Shown piece by piece: positions 36,766 to 46,030 of a DNA stretch of 59,972 nt. A program made the position numbers and the translations under genes. Numbering within the stretch: position 1 is the stretch's first letter; each line of letters starts with the position of its first letter. The notes under the pieces are model-generated. The model was not told where the DNA came from, searched no databases, and saw only the letters and a list, made by a program, of their open reading frames with translations. Origin of the DNA: a virus (lineage: Duplodnaviria > Caudoviricetes); IMG/VR virus record IMGVR_UViG_3300043219_000134, positions 1-59,972 of that record; one strand, 5' to 3'.

Positions 36766-39531
36766 TTAATGTTTGGATTTACCTACCACTTTGAAGGTCT
36801 TTGGATCGAATGAACCAAGTTCCCCAAGGGAGTAGCCAATTTCAGGGTCTATCTTAAACTCTCGTACGATACCCTTAATAGTTACGGGTCTAGTCATTTC
36901 TTCGGACACGATTTTATAAACTGCTTCCAGTTCCTCTATTGGAACTTCATAGTTTAATTCGTCGTATACGTAGAGGACTAGTTCGGCTTTGAGATTAAGC
37001 TTTCGTAATCGTTTATGTATCCGTATCATAGCCCTGTTTACGATATCTGCGGCTGTGCCTTGAATTGGCGTGTTCATAGCCTCTTTTCGTATGTCTCTCT
37101 CGTTCCCATAAAGGTAACGTCTTCGACCAGAGATATAAGTTTCTACATATCTTTTATCATTTGCTTGTTCAACTATTTCATCTACCCATTCTCGATACTG
37201 AGGATGTGCCTCCATATAAGAGGATCGTGCCTCTTTTATATCTTTCAGTAGTAGTTTAGTCTCGGGATACTTAGATATAATGTTTCCATGTATCACTGAG
37301 TCTCCACCTCCATAAGAGGAGGCAAACTGATAGATTTTTGCGGCTTTCCTAAAAAGCTTGAATCTGGGATCATCCGGTTCGAGTCCGAACAACGCCTTAG
37401 TATTCTCGTCATGCAAATCTAGACCGTCATTGATAATTGATAAAAGGTGACGATCTTTTGTAACGTAGGCTAGAACAACATTCTCTATACCTTTGTAATC
37501 ACAGGAGAGGAATACATGTCCATCTTTCGGCGTAAATATGTTACGCAACATAGGGCAGTTTTCTTTTGAAGGGAACGTAAAGAGGTTAGGTTTGGAGGAC
37601 GAAAATCTTCCAGTACTAGTACCAGTAACTTTAATATTACTATGCACTCGTCCGTCTGCTCTGGTTTCCCAAAAGTAGTATGAACTTTTTAATTTATTTA
37701 TTGAGGCGAACTCATTGTAAGACTTAATTATTTGTAACATCTTTTCAATTTGCTCGACTTCTTCTCTAAAGTGTTTCTTCTTTCCGGTGCTTTCGTCAGC
37801 ATCCCATGCTTTAAGACCCTTGATAGAGTTAATCCTCTTAATCAGGGCAATCGAATAGGTCTCTCTGAATGCATCGTCAAGTTGCTTTTTATTCGACTCT
37901 TTGGTAGTTTTACATTTAAAGTTGCGTAATACATACGGGGGAGAATAAGATTCCACCTCCATAATACCAGCAATTTTTAACCAGTCCTTTGTCTCCTTGG
38001 ACTTTACCTTACCTTCTTGCTCTCGGGTTGTCTTGTGCCATTGACCAGTTTTGCATTTACGGCATTTAGTGAAGAGACCTAACTTAAGGTTTGGATTTAA
38101 GCTAACCTCTCTACTATCGTCCTGTGTAAATAGTTTCTTCGTACCGCAGATGGGGCATTCTCCCCCGTATTGAGTCCACGGTTCATATTTCCACGCATTA
38201 GGTAATTGTTTCTTTGCCTTAGACGAGGATTCACCTAGCCATACTCTGAGCATGTCGTCCTGAGAAGTTAGAGATAACTCTGGAGGAACCTTAGAGATTT
38301 CTCTAAAGTCTTTCTCTGCCTTTATCGCTGACTCTTTTAGCCACTTTTGTAGCTCAACTAGTCTCTTCTTGTCTATATGTAGTCCCACTTGGGACATTCG
38401 TACAACTATCTCGGTAAGGTCTTTTTGCTCCTGATAAAGATCCATTAGACCCTTATCGGCACATTCTTTTAACATAGCTTCATACATTGGTACAAGTGCT
38501 ACACAGTCTCGTGCATTGTATCGGCGCATCTTTTCCTGATCGGTATAATAAATATGCTCTTTCTTAGTTATGAAAGAGTCTTTCCAATAGGGTAGTTTAC
38601 CATAAAAACTATTGATAAACCCGATATCATGTTTTAACTCTGGATTGATAGTATGGTGAAGTAACATTGTGTCACCCTCGAAGGCTCGATGTTTTATATC
38701 AAATCCGTTAAAAGAATTGTTTAGTACTGGTATATCATAATTCGGTCCATTTTGCCATATGATACCTTTGCAGTAGTCGAATAGCTTTTGGACAGCTATC
38801 TTTACTCGCATCATGCCGTCGAAGTTAAAGGCAGATTCTCCCCCGTATTTCTTAAAGGGTATAACTATTGCTTCCGATTCTGACCAAGCTAATCCTAGCA
38901 CTACAGCCTCAGAACGATTCAAGTTGAGTCCTGTACCTTCAATGTCACCATAAAGGACTACTTGTTCTTCTATCGCCCAATCTACAAACTTTTCTACCTC
39001 TTCTACGGTAGGGTCTAACTGGAAATTCTCCTTGGGTCTCTCCCAACCTTCATCCGCTATAAAAACGGACTTACGCATATCATTCTGAAACATACAACAT
39101 CTAGTTGCATCACCTGAACCTATTTTTGACCACCTCTTACTATTAAGGAGTCTTTGATCGTAGGTAGGAATGACCCAATATTTCTTGCCGTTTCTAGTCC
39201 AGTCCATTACTGAACCTCTATACTTTTCGATTTTACTTTCTCCAAGTATAGTCTTCATGATATTTTCACCCAATAGTACAATTACTTTGGGCTGTATTAT
39301 AGCTATTTTTTCATCTAATAATTTAAAATTAAAATCTAAGTTCCCATCCTGAAAGTCAGCCTCGTCATTCCAAAACTGTTGAAAGACCATATTTGACCAA
39401 CTTATCTTTGCACTCGAAATTGACCAGAACATAAACCTAGAGTCTTGATCTTTAAAACCACGACCCTGCATTATATCTGCGTCGGAGGGATAATCACCTA
39501 GAACTAGAATATCTCGTTGTGATAATTCCAT
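36766..39531 (-). CDS. polA: DNA polymerase family A with N-terminal UDG-like domain and 3'-5' exonuclease
   Basis: Exo DIEGTG / N..YD / YNARD; pol TGRFSS..PN, DYKGIE, RKAAK...F...YG, NTPIQGTAAD, YDE; UDG-like GDYP, PKVIVLLG, RG, IPTY. Confidence 0.93.
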   Translation of the reverse strand: MELSQRDILVLGDYPSDADIMQGRGFKDQDSRFMFWSISSAKISWSNMVFQQFWNDEADFQDGNLDFNFKLLDEKIAIIQPKVIVLLGENIMKTILGESKIEKYRGSVMDWTRNGKKYWVIPTYDQRLLNSKRWSKIGSGDATRCCMFQNDMRKSVFIADEGWERPKENFQLDPTVEEVEKFVDWAIEEQVVLYGDIEGTGLNLNRSEAVVLGLAWSESEAIVIPFKKYGGESAFNFDGMMRVKIAVQKLFDYCKGIIWQNGPNYDIPVLNNSFNGFDIKHRAFEGDTMLLHHTINPELKHDIGFINSFYGKLPYWKDSFITKKEHIYYTDQEKMRRYNARDCVALVPMYEAMLKECADKGLMDLYQEQKDLTEIVVRMSQVGLHIDKKRLVELQKWLKESAIKAEKDFREISKVPPELSLTSQDDMLRVWLGESSSKAKKQLPNAWKYEPWTQYGGECPICGTKKLFTQDDSREVSLNPNLKLGLFTKCRKCKTGQWHKTTREQEGKVKSKETKDWLKIAGIMEVESYSPPYVLRNFKCKTTKESNKKQLDDAFRETYSIALIKRINSIKGLKAWDADESTGKKKHFREEVEQIEKMLQIIKSYNEFASINKLKSSYYFWETRADGRVHSNIKVTGTSTGRFSSSKPNLFTFPSKENCPMLRNIFTPKDGHVFLSCDYKGIENVVLAYVTKDRHLLSIINDGLDLHDENTKALFGLEPDDPRFKLFRKAAKIYQFASSYGGGDSVIHGNIISKYPETKLLLKDIKEARSSYMEAHPQYREWVDEIVEQANDKRYVETYISGRRRYLYGNERDIRKEAMNTPIQGTAADIVNRAMIRIHKRLRKLNLKAELVLYVYDELNYEVPIEELEAVYKIVSEEMTRPVTIKGIVREFKIDPEIGYSLGELGSFDPKTFKVVGKSKH

Positions 39532-39653
39532 ACATGTTCCTTTACTTTTTTAAATATTTTATTTTATACTACTTCTTTAAAAGAATAGCCACAGGAAGCC
39601 CAGATATACTGTCTATGTCAAAACTACTCTTATTTAAGTTATCTAAGTTAATC

Positions 39654-39860
39654 CTAATAAATCTTTAACAGTCTAGAAAGTTTACCTAATAGGTGCAAAC
39701 TTAAAGCCGTTAATCCTAAGATAGACAGGAGATCACTTGGGGAAGCTAAAATCCATGTCATTGTTGCTGTTCCCATAGCCAAAACTTTGTAAGATATTGA
39801 ACCCCAATTTATTATTGGTCTAGTTATTTTAAGTATGCTCTTTGGTATTTCTATTTCCAT
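39654..39860 (-). CDS. Small membrane protein
   Basis: 68 aa, two hydrophobic stretches. Confidence 0.6.
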   Translation of the reverse strand: MEIEIPKSILKITRPIINWGSISYKVLAMGTATMTWILASPSDLLSILGLTALSLHLLGKLSRLLKIY

Positions 39861-39876
39861 ATCTATTCCTTACCCC

Positions 39877-40047
39877 TTATCGGGGTACATTGGGAGATCG
39901 AATTACACTCCCTACTGTAAGTAATTTATTAAGCTTGCCCGAACAATTATCATCTGGACAGTCTTCTTCCTTTTCCATATCTGCAATAGACCTTCGTTGG
40001 TTGGCTTTTAGTTTACAGATTGGACACTCATATAAATATATCGGCAT
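39877..40047 (-). CDS. FmdB-family zinc-ribbon protein (not in ORF track)
   Basis: MPIYLYECPIC...CPDDNC; GGAGG SD; 56 aa. Confidence 0.8.
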   Translation of the reverse strand: MPIYLYECPICKLKANQRRSIADMEKEEDCPDDNCSGKLNKLLTVGSVIRSPNVPR

Positions 40048-40055
40048 CTAACCTC

Positions 40056-40283
40056 CTACAAGTTGTTTAATTCCGTTAAGGTATCTATAACCTCGTCTCG
40101 TGTTTCTAGTTCGGCTATTTGAGTAAAAGTCTTGTTATTAAGGATACACATAATTGTGTAACTACAATTATCCGATTCCGCTTCGTTAATGGCTACATAA
40201 GTATCCGCTGGTTCGTCAAACTCTATAGCCTTTTCTAGTTCTTCTTCATCTTCGTAGATTTCACAATTTTCTACTATTGTCAC
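40056..40283 (-). CDS. Small acidic protein, paralogue A
   Basis: 75 aa; aligns by eye with 40295-40534. Confidence 0.75.
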   Translation of the reverse strand: MTIVENCEIYEDEEELEKAIEFDEPADTYVAINEAESDNCSYTIMCILNNKTFTQIAELETRDEVIDTLTELNNL

Positions 40284-40294
40284 TTTGTCCTCCC

Positions 40295-40534
40295 TTATAG
40301 GTAATTTAAAGCTGTTGTTACCTCTACAGCGTCTTCATATGTTATACAAGTAGCTATAGGACTAAAATAAAGAACGTCGTCGTGATCTATTTTGTTTATA
40401 CTATATGTATCATCACCGTCCTCATTTTGACCAATGTAAACTATTACATAGTTTTCAACTATTTTACTAGCCACTAAGCTCTGTATAAAATCGTCTGTAC
40501 CACGATAAAACTCGCAACCGTCTTTTATTTCCAT
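40295..40534 (-). CDS. Small acidic protein, paralogue B
   Basis: 79 aa; GGGGAG SD. Confidence 0.75.
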   Translation of the reverse strand: MEIKDGCEFYRGTDDFIQSLVASKIVENYVIVYIGQNEDGDDTYSINKIDHDDVLYFSPIATCITYEDAVEVTTALNYL

Positions 40535-40543
40535 AGCTCCCCC

Positions 40544-41026
40544 CTATTTTAATAAGTATACAATTAAGGCGGAACTACCTATTCCGATAGCACCGCCTAT
40601 AAATAAATTATTGAATGCCCTAGACTCTAGTTTAATTATCGTTAGGGCTTGCTCGTTTTTAATAGTATTGTCGGTTTTAGCTCCGAGAGTTAATTTTTTG
40701 TTCAGGGCTTCCAACCTTGTATTATCTCGTATAAAACCTTCCTTAGCCTCACGCTCTAAGATTATTTCTACTTCCAGTATTGGAATTGTTTTCTGATCTG
40801 CCCTCATGGACTGTATAATCCAGACGGGGGAGACGTACAATAACTGTGGCGGTATGTCGCTACTCTTTACTAGGGTTATTCTCCCAATCGAACTTAGATT
40901 TATCGTCGGTAACAGTGATATCTCGCTCTGGCTTATCGACTCCGTAAAAGCTGTTGATATCGTCAGCGAGATCAATAGGAGACATAAGGCTAGTCTCTTC
41001 CTTAATTTTTGTAACATTGTTTTCAA
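40544..41026 (-). CDS. Exported coiled-coil protein with C-terminal TM
   Basis: Signal peptide, coiled coil, LFIGGAIGIG...LLK. Confidence 0.65.
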   Translation of the reverse strand: MKTMLQKLRKRLALCLLLISLTISTAFTESISQSEISLLPTINLSSIGRITLVKSSDIPPQLLYVSPVWIIQSMRADQKTIPILEVEIILEREAKEGFIRDNTRLEALNKKLTLGAKTDNTIKNEQALTIIKLESRAFNNLFIGGAIGIGSSALIVYLLK

Positions 41027-41225
41027 ACTCCTCGTCCTGTGTATGCTCTACTTCTAGAATCTCGTACTCTACTTCTAGAGTTTCGGCTTCTTCCTCTGGA
41101 CTGAGGGTTAAGTCTGGGCTGAACCCTTCTGGGTTGTAATCAACCTTTCTCCCCCGTCCGAATAATAAATATAGAGAACCAAAAAGTCCTCCCGTTAATA
41201 ATAATATAATAATAAATTGTGTCAT
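40860..41225 (-). CDS. N-terminally anchored acidic membrane protein
   Basis: N-terminal TM; overlaps next gene by 167 bp. Confidence 0.7.
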   Translation of the reverse strand: MTQFIIILLLTGGLFGSLYLLFGRGRKVDYNPEGFSPDLTLSPEEEAETLEVEYEILEVEHTQDEEFENNVTKIKEETSLMSPIDLADDINSFYGVDKPERDITVTDDKSKFDWENNPSKE

Positions 41226-42193
41226 TCTTTATCCTCCAACGCTCTTAACCCCATAATACTAGGGTTTGCTAACTGATTTACCCATGATGGGTATCCTTCA
41301 CCTAGTGTAGAGGATAACTCCAGAGTCATAGTGGGTTCTTGTGGTGTTGGGTTAACTTTTTCTGGACTACATATCATTGTTGTAGCCTTATCTGTAAAGT
41401 ATTTAGATTGGCATTCCCTAGCTTCTTCAATAGTATCGAAGCTTTTTATAATTCTACCTGTAGTCTCACAAATTTCTTTTGCTTCTAAAAGACCTAGTCC
41501 TGTGGCTTCTCTTATCGCTTTAATAAGGGGTATTTTACCATTTTCCTGATAATTAACAAATAGTAGGTCAAACTTTTCTTCTTCTTTCTTAGTTTCAATT
41601 TTAGTTGCAGATTCCGGTTCAGACATTACCGTTCCGGCTGTACTTTGAATTAGGGCTAGCTTTTGTATATGTTTTTCTTCCGAGAAGGAAAATACTTTTA
41701 GGATATCTTCTACTGATGGAACGTCCCAAAACCAAGGATGGTAAAAAGAGTATTCTCCGGTAGACACTTTACAAGTAGATACTAATCTTTTATCGCCTGT
41801 CCCTTTATAGTAAAGTGTTCCTCGTACTTCATTAGATAGCATTCCAGCTGGTCTATGCTCATTCCGTCTGGGAGAACTTGTAGATAGTCTACGAAGGATT
41901 ACTCCTACGGGTACGTCCTTGTCCTCTTTTTTATTAGTAGAGTCGTCTCCAATATCATTAGATACTCGATGATAGTCTCTGTGTTGAAGACGGAATGTTT
42001 TTGCATTAGCCATTTTTAGAAAGATGTTTGATAGGTAGCCGTTGTGACAATCTACGTTAACCTGTTGACTAACTTTATGAACCGCTTTTTGATCTGGGGT
42101 GAGTTCTTTTACCCAAGGGAACGAGTTCATGAAGTCTGTAGAGATTTTATGTAGATACTCTGCAAGTTCCCTGTACTGCTCTGTTTCTCTCAT
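41222..42193 (-). CDS. Protein with C-terminal ribosomal bL12 (L7/L12) CTD-like domain
   Basis: EEEKFDLLF...KIPLIKAIREATGLGLLEAKEICE. Confidence 0.75.
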   Translation of the reverse strand: MRETEQYRELAEYLHKISTDFMNSFPWVKELTPDQKAVHKVSQQVNVDCHNGYLSNIFLKMANAKTFRLQHRDYHRVSNDIGDDSTNKKEDKDVPVGVILRRLSTSSPRRNEHRPAGMLSNEVRGTLYYKGTGDKRLVSTCKVSTGEYSFYHPWFWDVPSVEDILKVFSFSEEKHIQKLALIQSTAGTVMSEPESATKIETKKEEEKFDLLFVNYQENGKIPLIKAIREATGLGLLEAKEICETTGRIIKSFDTIEEARECQSKYFTDKATTMICSPEKVNPTPQEPTMTLELSSTLGEGYPSWVNQLANPSIMGLRALEDKE

Positions 42194-42897
42194 GAGGCAA
42201 CTCCCTCGATAGTTATGTCTGGGTTCATGTTACCAGAGATAAACTTTTTATATTGCATATTGTCACTGTTTTCTGTAGCGAGACCATTTTCCGATACTGC
42301 GATCATATTCTCAAACTCTTCTAAGGTAGCTACCTTGAAGGCTGACGCAAAGTTTCGTAGTAAGGCTTCGTCGTTTAAGATTGTCCCGACAAATATTGTT
42401 ATTTCATTCTCAGTAGGTAAGCTTATGTCCTGATTATACTTCTCGAAAGAGGTATCCTTAGTCATTTTTGAACCACTAATTATTTGTAGGTTCGACTTTT
42501 CTGAGATGATTCCGATTGTTCCGTTTTTACGTTTTATTATAGTAGCTTTGGGTAAGTCTATTCGACATGTTAAGCCGACTTCTTTTGAGTTAAGATTTCT
42601 TCCGATAAAGATAGAGAAAATCCTATTCATAGCCTGACCTGAACCTTCCCAACCACCACCAATTACGTCTTTAGATATTGCCTTCGCTAAGGCTAAATCT
42701 GTCGCTGTTGGCTTGCTTACGCTTTCCGATGGTACTATCCCTTCAATAGTTAGTACTTTCTTTGAATAGTTGAAGATGTTTTTTGCTAGTCCACCGAACT
42801 TTTCTTTAAAAGTTGCAGACTTGATTTCATTTAACTTGTCCGAAGCGTTACTTTTAAGACTCGCTAAATACTCTCTGATATTATTCTTTACTACCAT
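42190..42897 (-). CDS. Hypothetical protein
   Basis: Start at MVVKNN after GGGGGA SD. Confidence 0.7.
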   Translation of the reverse strand: MVVKNNIREYLASLKSNASDKLNEIKSATFKEKFGGLAKNIFNYSKKVLTIEGIVPSESVSKPTATDLALAKAISKDVIGGGWEGSGQAMNRIFSIFIGRNLNSKEVGLTCRIDLPKATIIKRKNGTIGIISEKSNLQIISGSKMTKDTSFEKYNQDISLPTENEITIFVGTILNDEALLRNFASAFKVATLEEFENMIAVSENGLATENSDNMQYKKFISGNMNPDITIEGVAS

Positions 42898-42973
42898 ATA
42901 TCCCCCTAGATATAAAAAAGGGAACCAATCGATATTGGCTCCCCCTGTTAGTATAGTTAATGTTTGTATTCGA

Positions 42974-43465
42974 TTATGCTTTTTTAAACTTGTCAATAAC
43001 TTGTTCATTATCACCTGTTCCAACGTAAGTAATTTTTCCGTTGTCGTCAGTTGATTTTTCAGTCTTTTCTTTCCACTGTACTCTAGCTTCAATATTTGCT
43101 CCGACTGTTAAGTCCCAGAACTCCTGAGTAGCTATTCCACCAGCCGATACCGTACTGTAGTCTGGATGGCTCTGTACATCTGATCCAAGGATAAACTCTT
43201 GAACCATCATTGCCATGTAGTCGGCTGACTTTTGCTTATCATCTTTCATAGGAAAGTAGAAAGTTTTAAACATCACTTCACCTAGTGGTGCTTGATCTCC
43301 CTTTAATACGGCTGTATCCTCAATTCTTAATTGAAGACTAACACCGGGTCTATCGTTCTTAGACATGATACTCTCTGCTTTCTTAACTGAAAATAGGTAT
43401 TGACCATTGTCATAATGTGGCTTCTCCACATTCATAATTGCATTAACGTCCATTACTTCGCTCAT
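42974..43465 (-). CDS. Putative single-stranded DNA-binding protein (DUF669-like)
   Basis: G.Y...V..AE...SK...P...L.L.I pattern; downstream of Sak4-like ATPase. Confidence 0.65.
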   Translation of the reverse strand: MSEVMDVNAIMNVEKPHYDNGQYLFSVKKAESIMSKNDRPGVSLQLRIEDTAVLKGDQAPLGEVMFKTFYFPMKDDKQKSADYMAMMVQEFILGSDVQSHPDYSTVSAGGIATQEFWDLTVGANIEARVQWKEKTEKSTDDNGKITYVGTGDNEQVIDKFKKA

Positions 43466-43569
43466 AATAATTCCTTTTACTTTTTTAAATATATTTAAAC
43501 TACTAAGTAGTTTGCTTTGATTTGATTTATTCATTCTAGCAGAACTCGACCCGAAGGTCAAGACCCTAG

Positions 43570-43836
43570 TTAAAATACATTTAGCATTTCTGTGTAAACT
43601 CTCCCATAAGTACTCCCTTTACTATCTTTTAATTTGTAAAAAGTTTCACCTTGGATACAAAAATTACCATTCGTGCCTAGACTATTAAAATACAAACCAA
43701 GGTTTTTACTTGGTTTAAGAATACTATTTACGACTATAAAAAGCTCATTCTCTATTAAAATATAGATACTGCTTTCAAGCTCTTTTAAATCTACTAATAA
43801 GTTATTTATTATTAATCTTTCAATATCTTTTATCAT
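43570..43836 (-). CDS. Hypothetical protein (AT-rich insertion)
   Basis: 88-aa ORF between ATPase and SSB. Confidence 0.6.
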   Translation of the reverse strand: MIKDIERLIINNLLVDLKELESSIYILIENELFIVVNSILKPSKNLGLYFNSLGTNGNFCIQGETFYKLKDSKGSTYGRVYTEMLNVF

Positions 43837-43876
43837 CTTTAACCCCCGTTTAAGTATCTTAATTAGACACTATGTC

Positions 43877-44644
43877 TTATTTAATGTTTTTGTATGAGAT
43901 ATTCTCCGTTAAGTGTTTAACCCCTACCCTAGTTTTGGCGTTAAATGGGTAAGTGTCTACAGTTTCAACTAGATACTGAGTCTTACCCATAATGGTTTTA
44001 ACCACAAAATGGTATGTTTCATCAAACTCGTGTGGTAGTACGTTTTTATATCCACCTTGGATATTTACACCACCCACTTGACCACCTCTTAATTCGTCCA
44101 TGTCAACTTTTTCACCAGCAGTAACGATCACATTATACTTTAAGTCTTTAAGCTTAGAGCCTATTTCCTCTTGTTGATTACCTAATATCGCCCAGACGTC
44201 AAAGTCCGGCTTGTCCTTCATGGGGTCTTTACCATTCATAAATCTGAGTATACCGTACTTTAAAAATCGGTTCAGGTTAGTCATATCGTCAATGGCAATG
44301 GTCTCTATTTTAGATAGAGCTTCTCCCTCTGCAAAAAGTCCTCGTTTATATTTGGCATCATCAAGTATTTGTATGATAGTTTTATACACATTAGGATTTA
44401 CCTCGTTTCCTCGTTCGTCCTTAGATGTATGTTCCAGTGAAATCACTTGCACGTTCTCATTATTCTGTAGTGTTTTCAATCCTTTATTAGTGTCTAAGAC
44501 TAAGACGTTTGGAAATGTTCCAATAAATCTAGTCTTACCTGCACCAGCTTTCCCATAGACAAGACATTTGACATAGTCACCTGTCAGTTCTTTAGGAGTG
44601 CTTAATAGTCCTGCATAGTTAAAAGTTATGTTACTTGTTAACAT
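43877..44644 (-). CDS. AAA_24 / Sak4-like ATPase
   Basis: VYGKAGAGKT, LDTNKG, TIAIDD, AKTR. Confidence 0.85.
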   Translation of the reverse strand: MLTSNITFNYAGLLSTPKELTGDYVKCLVYGKAGAGKTRFIGTFPNVLVLDTNKGLKTLQNNENVQVISLEHTSKDERGNEVNPNVYKTIIQILDDAKYKRGLFAEGEALSKIETIAIDDMTNLNRFLKYGILRFMNGKDPMKDKPDFDVWAILGNQQEEIGSKLKDLKYNVIVTAGEKVDMDELRGGQVGGVNIQGGYKNVLPHEFDETYHFVVKTIMGKTQYLVETVDTYPFNAKTRVGVKHLTENISYKNIK

Positions 44645-45585
44645 TGTTCACTTCCCTTTTTTAAATTGTTTTTGTTCTCTTCCATTAAGGCAGATATATA
44701 ATTATTTTCAACCCATTCGTCTTTATCAAAACCATAATCTTCCGGTTTGATTCCTTCAACAAGTCGCTTGTCGCATATAGAAGAATAGGGACAACCCCAA
44801 ACAGAACACGCTCCCTTTCTAGCTGGAAAAAGATACTCGGAGGGTAGTTTTCCCTCTCGATATAGCGCGTATCTGCTTGTTAAGTCTTCTATGTCCGACA
44901 TTAAACCTATTTCCCATGTTTGACTTCTCTCGTCGTCAATAAGCACGGGAATGCTACGTTCGCATTGATGGACAGAACTTCGTGAATATAAACAATCGGT
45001 GATCCAACCTTTAAAGTTGTCACCGTACAATGGTTCTATTATCTTCGTATAACCAGTAGGTTGATCGCTCTTGGCTGTCTTGTCAAACATCCTTTGCAGA
45101 CCGACACCTGTAGTCTTGGTGTCAAAAATGTAAACATTTTCAGTTTCCATCTCTCTAAAAATCCTATCTGGTCTAATACGATACTCTATACCATTAGAAA
45201 GAACACCAATATGTTCCTGTTCGTTCTCTACTACTTCGAATGTTTCCTTATCAGAAACCCCGAATCGTGAGTACCACGCTGTCAATGATGCTACCGCTTT
45301 GTTTCTATCGTTTTGGTAGTCAAGGAGTTTGTAATACTTATCACGACTTTCGTCAATCCTCTGTAGTGTAACGCCTAATAGTGTATCCTTGTCCCAGTCC
45401 TTGTAGAACTGACTGAACGCTTCGTGAACGGCAGAACCATAAATAAGGGCTTTTCCTAGCGTTCGTTCCTTTAATCCTAGAACATACTTTAAGAACCATT
45501 TCCGAGGGCATCCCCTAAACGTGTCATAAAAATGACCACCGCCTAGACCTTCCCTCATTGAATGGGCTTTAGCTGGTGTTACCAC
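44638..45585 (-). CDS. PD-(D/E)XK exonuclease (Cas4/RecB-like)
   Basis: CPRKW, GSAVH, PDR, DTKT, Q...Y, C...CPY..IC. Confidence 0.85.
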   Translation of the reverse strand: MVTPAKAHSMREGLGGGHFYDTFRGCPRKWFLKYVLGLKERTLGKALIYGSAVHEAFSQFYKDWDKDTLLGVTLQRIDESRDKYYKLLDYQNDRNKAVASLTAWYSRFGVSDKETFEVVENEQEHIGVLSNGIEYRIRPDRIFREMETENVYIFDTKTTGVGLQRMFDKTAKSDQPTGYTKIIEPLYGDNFKGWITDCLYSRSSVHQCERSIPVLIDDERSQTWEIGLMSDIEDLTSRYALYREGKLPSEYLFPARKGACSVWGCPYSSICDKRLVEGIKPEDYGFDKDEWVENNYISALMEENKNNLKKGSEQC

Positions 45586-46030
45586 CTTCGCTAACCTCCT
45601 CTGGTGCTACTTTAAAGTAGAACCGATTAAGTACCGCCCAACGTATATTATAGAACTCATTTTGACCCTCTCGAGCCAACTTAGTCTCCGATAAGGAAAA
45701 GAATTGTCTTTCGACAACCCAGTCTCCCCCGTCAGATTCTATAATATACAGGTAGTACCCCCCTCTCTTCCGAGAAAGTGGAGTCACGCCATGCTTTGAC
45801 ACATCAACGAAAAACAAAAATTTATTTTCATTAGTTATCCTTAGCAGACGAGCGTGGGATACAATGTCTTTTGGATTAAACTTGTCCAAATGTATCCCTT
45901 TTAGTTTTATATTATGATAGTCTTTACCACATTTAAAGCGTAGTATCGTACTAAAAAATCTTTCTCTTGAAGTCCATCTATGGTCGTCTCTAGACGGAGG
46001 TCTTCTCCCTGTCCTAGTCTTTATGCACAT
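45569..46030 (-). CDS. Hypothetical protein
   Basis: 153-aa ORF, GGAGG SD. Confidence 0.65.
   Translation of the reverse strand: MCIKTRTGRRPPSRDDHRWTSRERFFSTILRFKCGKDYHNIKLKGIHLDKFNPKDIVSHARLLRITNENKFLFFVDVSKHGVTPLSRKRGGYYLYIIESDGGDWVVERQFFSLSETKLAREGQNEFYNIRWAVLNRFYFKVAPEEVSEGGNTS

Noticed and set aside
44638-45585. CRISPR-Cas locus (Cas4-like nuclease)
   Set aside because: No repeat-spacer array or other cas genes seen; the context is an exonuclease/Sak4/SSB recombination module.
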